DNA from: an uncultured bacterium
GTDB lineage: Bacteria > Krumholzibacteriota > Krumholzibacteriia > JACNKJ01
Assembly (NCBI GenBank): GCA_964399495.1
Contig: CAYNQX010000011.1
Span: 16,589 to 80,588 of the forward strand
DNA: 64,000 nucleotides
Direction: 5' to 3'
In this document: positions 57,798 through 64,000 of the stretch, piece by piece
How positions within the stretch are numbered: the first letter of the stretch is position 1
Layout: each line of letters begins with the position of its first letter
Position numbers and translations under genes: made by a program
The notes under the pieces: model-generated
Told to the model about the DNA's origin: nothing
What the model saw: only the letters and a program-made list of their open reading frames with translations
The model's database searches: none

Positions 57798-59531
57798 TCA
57801 GTCGAGTCGCAGCACCTTCCGGGTCGCGACCCGGGCTCCCGTCTCCACGCGGTAGAAATAGACGCCCGAGCTCGCGCGGCGGCCGGCGTCGTCGCGGCCG
57901 TCCCAGAGAATCGTGTGGCGTCCCGCGCCCCGGCTCGCTTCGAGCAGGGAGCGCACCTTCCGCCCCGACAGGTCATAGATAGCCAGGCGCACGCCGGCGG
58001 GCCTCGCCAGCTCGAAGCTCAGCGTTGTCGCGGAGGTGAAGGGGTTCGGGTGGTTGCCCAGCTTCGGCGCGTCGCCGCCGCCCCAGGGCATGTCGCCGAT
58101 ACCGACGAGCTGCGTTTCGAACGCCGCCTGCAGATTCACGAACGGACCGATATGCCCGCCGGCTCCCTGGGGCCAGCCGGTGTCGATGAGGTGCTGGCGC
58201 AGCATGGCCGGCGACATCAGCGTGCCGTGGGTCTGCAGCATGTAGGACTGCATCAGGGCGCAGGCGGCCGAGACGATCGGGGTGGCCGAGCTCGTGCCGT
58301 TGAAGCCGCTCGTGTAGTACTGGTTCGGATCGCCGCCGCCGGAGTCGTAGGAACCGTAGCCGGTCGAGAAGACGCCGGTGCCCCAGCCCTGCAGGTTCAC
58401 GCGGGAGCCGTAGGTGCTGAAGGAGAGCGTGCTGTGGGCGGTGTTGTTCGTGCCCGCCCCGACGATGATCGCGCCGCTGTCGCCGCGGTTCATGTAGGGC
58501 TCGTAGGGCGCGCTGTCGAGGTTCTGGCTGCCGTTGCCCGCGGCCCCCACGACGATCACGCCCGCGTCGGCGCCCGCCTTCACGACCGTCCACACCGACA
58601 GATCGAGCTCGGCCGGCCCGTAGCCGCCGCCCGCGCCGTTGGCCTGCATCTCCAGGATCACGATGTCGCCGGCGCCGGAGTTCGCGATGGCGCTGGTGAT
58701 GCATGCGGTGCGGCGCCAGCCCTCCTCGACCGTCCATTCCGGATAGGTGTAGACCTCCGCGCCGTGGGCCATGCCGCTGCAGCCGTAGCCGTCCACGGTG
58801 GCCGAGGTTTCGCCCAGCACCGCGGTGCCGTGCTCGTGCCAGCCGTAGGCGATCACGTCGGGATGGATCGTCTGGCCGGGCTCCAGGTGCAGGTCGATGT
58901 CGTTGAAATCCTCGTGGGTCGGATTCCAGCCGTACTCGCAGTCCGAGATGCGGATGCCCTGGCCCGTGATCCCCTGCGCCCAGGCGTAGTCGGAGTCGAT
59001 TCCCGGATTGCCCGCGCGGTAGCCCTGGTTCCCCGAGTAGTCCGAGGTGGTGGGCGGAATGTCGAAGGGCGGCGGGGTGCCGACGCACTCGAGCGATACC
59101 CACTCGACCGCGGGCAGGTCGCTCAGGGCTTCGGCCGCGTCCAGCAGCGTGGCGCCTTGCGCGTCGGGCGTGACCGCGATCATCATCCCCGCCAGGTCGG
59201 GCTGGGCGCGGCCGCTGTTCGCGCGGGCGCGGGCCTCCAGGTCGAGGAGTCGCGACTCGGGCAGACGGATCAGAGGCTCGAAGCGGATTCCTCTCGATTC
59301 GGCCGCGTGCCTCGCCGCGGCGAGGTCGGCGCCGGTGCGGGAGACGAGGGTCCCCTCGACACGCGCGCGGACGTGGTCCGCGAACTTCACCACGAGCCGC
59401 TGCTCGAACTCGGCGTGGATGACGAGGGGCTCGGAAGGGAGCGGCATGCGCTCCTGAAGAGCGAGAGCGGCGCTGCCGGAAAGATGGAGAGAGACGGCGA
59501 CCGCGAGGGTCGTCCGGATCATACGGAGCAT
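57798..59531 (-). CDS. secreted S8-family (subtilisin-like) serine peptidase with a T9SS/Por-type C-terminal sorting domain
   Basis: Signal peptide. Catalytic His (HGTAVLG) and Ser (GTSSATP). CTD ...LGNHPNPFTSATTLSFELARPAGVRLAIYDLSGRKV...SGVYFYRVETGARVATRKVLRLD. Confidence 0.8.
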   Translation of the reverse strand: MLRMIRTTLAVAVSLHLSGSAALALQERMPLPSEPLVIHAEFEQRLVVKFADHVRARVEGTLVSRTGADLAAARHAAESRGIRFEPLIRLPESRLLDLEARARANSGRAQPDLAGMMIAVTPDAQGATLLDAAEALSDLPAVEWVSLECVGTPPPFDIPPTTSDYSGNQGYRAGNPGIDSDYAWAQGITGQGIRISDCEYGWNPTHEDFNDIDLHLEPGQTIHPDVIAYGWHEHGTAVLGETSATVDGYGCSGMAHGAEVYTYPEWTVEEGWRRTACITSAIANSGAGDIVILEMQANGAGGGYGPAELDLSVWTVVKAGADAGVIVVGAAGNGSQNLDSAPYEPYMNRGDSGAIIVGAGTNNTAHSTLSFSTYGSRVNLQGWGTGVFSTGYGSYDSGGGDPNQYYTSGFNGTSSATPIVSAACALMQSYMLQTHGTLMSPAMLRQHLIDTGWPQGAGGHIGPFVNLQAAFETQLVGIGDMPWGGGDAPKLGNHPNPFTSATTLSFELARPAGVRLAIYDLSGRKVRSLLEASRGAGRHTILWDGRDDAGRRASSGVYFYRVETGARVATRKVLRLD

Positions 59532-59596
59532 GGGGACCTCCGGCGTGGGGGATGGGCTATCCTGTCGCGTTCAGTATATCATATCGGGTTAGTGAC

Positions 59597-60898
59597 TCAG
59601 AGCCGAACTCGGTGCGCCGCCTGGATCTCCTCGATTCGCGCCTCGGGCACCCCCGCCTTGGACGCAAACTCCGGCCATCGCTTCATTGCCCGCAGAACCT
59701 TGTCGAGCATGTCGTCGGCCGGCGCCCTCTTGATGCCGGCCACTTCGGCCAGAGCGCGGAGGTTCTCGCGGGTGAATCCGTCCCGCTGCCCATTCACGCT
59801 CATCTGGTGGCGTGAGGTCCACTCCCCTGTGGGATTCCAGGCGTAGGAGAGATCGAAAGCGGGAGAGAGGCGCCATCGGCCTCGCCGATCCATGAGGAAG
59901 GCGATGTTCTTCACGTGGTCGTCGCAGTTTCGACCCACCACGTTGAAGAAGGCACGAAGCACCTGCTGCTCGATATCCGCTCGAGACAACCTCAGCCGAC
60001 GGATCACCTGGAGCGACTGCTCGTAGGAATAGGCCGCGGGTTGCCGATAATCGTAGTGCGCCATCGCTCCGAGAGACTGCATGTGCCGCCTCCCACCCCG
60101 GAGAGTGCGATCGAATCGCCTGGTCATGAAATGACTGCGTCCTCCCTCATGGTGCAGCCTGCATTCGGACATCTCGATGCCCGCCTCGACGGCCATGAGA
60201 TGATAGGCATATTCGATCTTCCCATAGCCCTTCGGCGAGGCGGATTCCTGGTGGACCACGTCGCCGATGCCGTCGAATTTCATGAGCCAGGGTTCGAATC
60301 CCGGTCCCGCATCGACCTGTCCCGAACGAAACTCCCCGCTGACCGGATTCCACGCAAGGATCGCCTTCGCTCTCGCTCCTCCCGCGGAGGTTCCGACACG
60401 GAGGATATCCTGAATCGACTCGCGGTCGTCGAGGCCAGAGAACGCGCCATGCAATCCGCTGCGCTCATCCAGAACACGACTCGCCAACTCGACCAGGCGC
60501 GCGACATCGACGCTGTCCCTGCTCCCGGGCGGACCGAGTGTCGCCGGTTCGAACTCCAGTGCGCCCATTCCCCGGCTTCCCACATAGCAGAGCCGCTCGA
60601 CCGGGTGGAAACTCGCGGCCATCCTGCCCTGCTCGGCGAGCCAGGCATCGATGAGGGCGTTGCCGTATCGGTCCGGGAGTGAATCGGCCAGGAGGCCCGG
60701 CAGCCCCCGAAACGTGTTGCGGGCCAGGGCGGGAAACTCGTAGGGGAATTCGCCGAGAGGCATGGTGAGCGGAGCCAGTTCGATCCCGCTATCGAGGAAA
60801 TCGGGGTTGTACTGGAAAATCCCGGTCTCGCGATCCTCCAACCAGGTCACCGCCCCGACGAGGGTGCCCCACAGCTTCACGCGTGCGTCATGAATCAT
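59597..60898 (-). CDS. hipA: HipA-family Ser/Thr kinase toxin (type II TA)
   Basis: HipA N-terminal (...LWGTLVGAVTWLE...FQYNPDFL...) and catalytic C-terminal region with the DDHVKN motif. ATG 60898. The longer ORF-track frame (start 60982) overlaps hipB more extensively. Confidence 0.75.
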   Translation of the reverse strand: MIHDARVKLWGTLVGAVTWLEDRETGIFQYNPDFLDSGIELAPLTMPLGEFPYEFPALARNTFRGLPGLLADSLPDRYGNALIDAWLAEQGRMAASFHPVERLCYVGSRGMGALEFEPATLGPPGSRDSVDVARLVELASRVLDERSGLHGAFSGLDDRESIQDILRVGTSAGGARAKAILAWNPVSGEFRSGQVDAGPGFEPWLMKFDGIGDVVHQESASPKGYGKIEYAYHLMAVEAGIEMSECRLHHEGGRSHFMTRRFDRTLRGGRRHMQSLGAMAHYDYRQPAAYSYEQSLQVIRRLRLSRADIEQQVLRAFFNVVGRNCDDHVKNIAFLMDRRGRWRLSPAFDLSYAWNPTGEWTSRHQMSVNGQRDGFTRENLRALAEVAGIKRAPADDMLDKVLRAMKRWPEFASKAGVPEARIEEIQAAHRVRL

Positions 60899-61259
60899 CG
60901 TCGACCTCGCCGTCGCCCCATTCCCAAGCGCCGTCTGCCGGACGCGTCGCCTCGGGTCGAGCCCGCTTCCGCTCCGAGCCACTCCTACCGATCCTGTCCA
61001 TCGGCCTTACCCTAGGATCGGGAAGCAGCGCTTCGACATGCTGCTGAATGCCCAGCGCGGACAGCACACGAAGGAAGGTATCCAAAGAGACGCCCTGCCC
61101 CTTCTCCAGTCGACGGATGGTGCGCTCCGACACCCCGGCTTCTCTCGCCAACTCCTCTTGGGTGATGTTCCGAGACAACCTGATCGCCCCCAAGCGCTTG
61201 CACAGCGCCTTCTCGATCTGATTGCTGGAAGCCAATACGAAGTCGATATTATAGGCCAT
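60888..61259 (-). CDS. hipB: HipB-like XRE-family HTH antitoxin
   Basis: HTH LSRNITQEELAREAGVSERTIRRLEKG. It lies immediately upstream of hipA and overlaps it. An AT-rich leader is upstream. Confidence 0.6.
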   Translation of the reverse strand: MAYNIDFVLASSNQIEKALCKRLGAIRLSRNITQEELAREAGVSERTIRRLEKGQGVSLDTFLRVLSALGIQQHVEALLPDPRVRPMDRIGRSGSERKRARPEATRPADGAWEWGDGEVDDDS

Positions 61260-61401
61260 ATTTTACCGCTTTCGACCAATTAGAGACCGCGTCCAGTAAT
61301 ATGTTGCCGATTAAGTGAACTGTCAAGTCAAAGGACATGCTACCGGCAATCTGTTGCTGGTCATCAAGCGTATAGCCAGAATTCCGGCCACTATTTGCCG
61401 G

Positions 61402-62430
61402 TTATTGATCTCGGTCACTGATTTCGATCAATGAAGCCCGGGGCTTGGCGCAGAGCAGGGGCAGGCTGCCCACCCGCCGGATCGTCGCGGCGCCTGGACA
61501 GAACAGCGTGGAGCCGTCCACGTTCAGCGGGAAAGGCCGTCCGCAGTCGAGCTCGAGCGAGTCGTTGCAGACGAGATGCTCCATCCCCCACTTCCCGGGG
61601 TCTTCGGCGATCGCCCCGCTGCGCGCCGCCTTCGCCTGGGCCAGCAGGCGGCGCGTGCCCCGGTCGCGCAGGGCGAAGCAGTGGAAGCGCTCCGAACCCA
61701 GCGGGTCGTCCGAGAAGGCGAGGTCCTTGCCCAGGTAACCGTTCACGAGAATCAGGGCCTGGAAGCGGCCCTCGACGACATCGACGCCGTCCACGCGCAG
61801 CCGCCACTCGCGCGGGCGGGTGAAGGGCGCCTTCGCGAGCCGCTCCAGAATCGCCATCGTCATGCCGGTGGTGAAGGGTCCGAGATCCCCGAACACCTGG
61901 CTGAGCACGCCCTTGTACCACTTCATGAAGCGGTTCTCGGTGTAGTGCGGAATGCGGCCGAACAGCTCGGCGCCGCCGTAGCCGACGAAGTGCTTGGGCG
62001 GCAGGCCCTCCACCTCGGCGCGCAGCAGGTCGCAGGGCGCGGTGCGGTCGTGTTCGATGGCGTCCGAGAACACGTCGATGGCGGCCACGATCTCGTCGGG
62101 CATGCCGAGCACCTTGCCGATGAGGTCGGCCGAGCCCTTGCGGAGGAAACCCAGACGGATCTCGTCCAGAGGCGCTCCGGCGTCGACGCAGCCGGCCATG
62201 ACCGCGTTGAAGGTGCCCGAGCCGCCGGCCGATATCACGACCCGCGCGCCCTCGCGCACGAGGGACTCCGCGAGCGCCCGCGCTTCCGGGTGGGTCTCGA
62301 CGGCGTGCAGGGTCGCGGCGGTACAGCCCCGCTCGGCGAAGAGCGGCTCGATGCGCTTCACCTTGCCCCAGTCGGCGATGGAGCCCGAGACCGACGTGGC
62401 GATGACCTCGATGCGCGTGCTCCTATCCAT
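61402..62430 (-). CDS. diacylglycerol-kinase catalytic-domain (DAGK_cat/YegS-like) lipid kinase
   Basis: ...VVISAGGSGTFNAV... and overall DAGK_cat-like organisation. Overlaps the upstream PlsC-fusion gene by 8 nt. Confidence 0.65.
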   Translation of the reverse strand: MDRSTRIEVIATSVSGSIADWGKVKRIEPLFAERGCTAATLHAVETHPEARALAESLVREGARVVISAGGSGTFNAVMAGCVDAGAPLDEIRLGFLRKGSADLIGKVLGMPDEIVAAIDVFSDAIEHDRTAPCDLLRAEVEGLPPKHFVGYGGAELFGRIPHYTENRFMKWYKGVLSQVFGDLGPFTTGMTMAILERLAKAPFTRPREWRLRVDGVDVVEGRFQALILVNGYLGKDLAFSDDPLGSERFHCFALRDRGTRRLLAQAKAARSGAIAEDPGKWGMEHLVCNDSLELDCGRPFPLNVDGSTLFCPGAATIRRVGSLPLLCAKPRASLIEISDRDQ

Positions 62431-63832
62431 CCCGACCTCCGTTGCGCAGATTCGCCACGAACTCCGCGGCCTCGGTTCTCAGCTCCTCGCGCGACCGCCT
62501 GCCGTCCAGGCGCAGCACCGGCAGGTCGAAGCGACGTTCGGCCGCCGCGCAGACCGCCAGGTAGGCGCCGCGCAGCTTGTCGAGCTTCTCGCCGGTCTCG
62601 TGCACCTGCTTCGACTCGCCGCGGGAGTCGATCCTGCTGATGGCCTCGGCCGCGGGCAGGTCGATGAACACCGCCGCGTCGGGCATCTCGAGATGGGTGA
62701 GCCCGAGGCGCTGCAGCCATCTCAACTCCGGAAAGCGGCGCGCCAGCGCGTCGGCGGCGCGCAGGGGCTCGCGTCCGGACATCACGCCCAGCGCGCGCCC
62801 GCAGAACTCCGGGTCGAAACCCTCGTCCTTGTAGAGTATCGACCAGGCCGTCATGTTGAGCAGCGGCGATCCGTCCATGACGGCCCAGCCGGGGTCGTGC
62901 CAGCGGCGGCTCTCGGCCAGCAGCCGATCCCGCAGCAGCAGTTCGGCCAGCTTGGGGAACTTGTAGCCGGCCAGCGAGCGGGCGCTCTTGGCTCGCCGGC
63001 TCAGGTGCAGGCGCAGGCGTTCGGTGGTGAGAGGCTGCAGTTCCCTGGGCTCGCCGCATTCCAGCAGACGCAGCTCGTCGCCGATGAAGGCCACGCTGTC
63101 CCTGCCCGAAAGCTCCTCCGCCAGACCCTTCGCCAGCGTGCTCTTGCCGGAGCCGTCGATGCCGAGAGCCGCCACGGTGAAGGTGTCCCTGCGGCGCACC
63201 CGACGCTGCTGGCGTCGTGTCGCCTCGACCCGGGCCAGTTCCTCGACGCTCGCCTGCAGAGCCGCCGTGAGGTCGCGCGGGCGGCCGCTCAGACGGCGGG
63301 CCGGGGCGAGCAGCACCCGGTTCCAGACCGGCAGCGGCAGGGCCGCGCCGCGGGGAAGCGCCCGCTCCGGGCCCAGGACATGGGCGGGAATCACGGCCAG
63401 TTCCGGATGCTTCTCGAGCAGGCGACCCACGCCGCTCCGAAAGGGCGCCATCTCGCCCGGCTCGCCGCGCGTGCCCTCCGGAAAGAGGATGAGGCTCTCG
63501 CCGCTCGCGATGCAGCGCTCCATCGCCTCCAGCGCATCGCCGCCCTGCCCGGATCGATCCACCCAGACCGGCGCCAGGAGTCGGTCCATGACCCGCGCGA
63601 GCCGACGGGACTTCCCGAAGTGATCGGCGGCCGCCACGGGGTGCGTGCGCGCCAGGTGACGCTTCGGCAGCACGCTCATCAGCAGCAGCGTGTCGAGGTG
63701 GCTGTTGTGGTTGGCGACGATGAGGAACTGGTCGAGCTCCTCGAGCTGCGCGGCGCCCTGCACGTGCAGGCCGAAGAGCAGCTTCAGCAACGGGCGGAGC
63801 AGGAGTCGATGGAATGCCGCTCGGAGGTCCAC
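62423..63832 (-). CDS. fusion protein: N-terminal lysophospholipid acyltransferase (PlsC/LPLAT) + C-terminal thymidylate-kinase-like P-loop domain
   Basis: LPLAT motifs HNSHLD and FPEGTR. C-terminal Walker A GIDGSGKST and a Tmk-like lid region. Confidence 0.6.
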   Translation of the reverse strand: MDLRAAFHRLLLRPLLKLLFGLHVQGAAQLEELDQFLIVANHNSHLDTLLLMSVLPKRHLARTHPVAAADHFGKSRRLARVMDRLLAPVWVDRSGQGGDALEAMERCIASGESLILFPEGTRGEPGEMAPFRSGVGRLLEKHPELAVIPAHVLGPERALPRGAALPLPVWNRVLLAPARRLSGRPRDLTAALQASVEELARVEATRRQQRRVRRRDTFTVAALGIDGSGKSTLAKGLAEELSGRDSVAFIGDELRLLECGEPRELQPLTTERLRLHLSRRAKSARSLAGYKFPKLAELLLRDRLLAESRRWHDPGWAVMDGSPLLNMTAWSILYKDEGFDPEFCGRALGVMSGREPLRAADALARRFPELRWLQRLGLTHLEMPDAAVFIDLPAAEAISRIDSRGESKQVHETGEKLDKLRGAYLAVCAAAERRFDLPVLRLDGRRSREELRTEAAEFVANLRNGGRDG

Positions 63833-63839
63833 GGCGATC

Positions 63840-64000
63840 TCAGTAGATCTCGGTGAAGTAGCGCAGGTAGTGGAACACCACCGGCGCCGCGAAGAGCTGG
63901 GCGCGCAGGCCGTCGATCCAGCGGCCGCGCCCCGGTTCGAGCTGGGCGGGGTCGATGCCCAGATCCTCCTCGACCGCGCGCAGGGTGAAGTTGCCCATCT
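63840..64000 (-). CDS. 3' end of a gene running out of the window (C-terminus ...AAPVVFHYLRYFTEIY), function unknown
   Basis: Open frame with strong GC3 bias to the window edge. An internal ATG at 63998 could be the start, but the N-terminus is more likely beyond the window. Confidence 0.3.
   Translation of the reverse strand, partial: MGNFTLRAVEEDLGIDPAQLEPGRGRWIDGLRAQLFAAPVVFHYLRYFTEIY

Noticed and set aside
59597-61259. Mobile element or genomic island around hipBA
   Set aside because: Only a local GC dip in the hipB leader was seen. There is no integrase, transposase, tRNA or direct repeats in the window.

Overview
GC-rich bacterial chromosomal segment, probably close to 70% GC by eye. 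It is densely coded on both strands, with many spurious antisense ORFs in the six-frame track. I found no rRNA, tRNA, CRISPR array, transposase or integrase. Recognisable content, in order: a LysR regulator tail and a hybrid histidine kinase; a thiol-redox cluster (ArsR, a PDO-like thioredoxin, TlpA); a five-gene minus-strand operon of haem proteins; a K+ channel; the tyrosine-catabolism cluster hppD / FAH-family hydrolase / hmgA / flavin reductase; an ECF sigma and anti-sigma pair; nadA; an octahaem HAO-family cytochrome; a glycyl-radical enzyme with its activase; a complete F1Fo ATP synthase operon (atpZ-I-B-E-F-H-A-G-D-C); a sigma-54 enhancer-binding protein that sits directly upstream of a consensus sigma-54 promoter driving two tandem tiny hydrophobic peptides ending in LTKTWW; NrnA; a soluble sugar dehydrogenase; an orphan NapH-like 4Fe-4S membrane protein; two giant Ser/Thr kinase-TPR proteins, one flanked by a REP-like inverted repeat family; a secreted CotH-like atypical kinase; an FHA-GAF histidine kinase with an NtrC-type regulator; an S8 peptidase; a HipBA toxin-antitoxin pair; and lipid enzymes, including a PlsC-thymidylate-kinase-like fusion. 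Three secreted proteins carry T9SS/Por-type C-terminal sorting domains. Together with high GC, that hints at a Gemmatimonadota-like or candidate-phylum (FCB-related) origin, which is inference only. The most novel-looking items are the sigma-54/EBP-controlled Trp-Trp micropeptide pair and the P460-like / CXXCH-barrel / PSCyt haem operon combined with an HAO-family octahaem protein.
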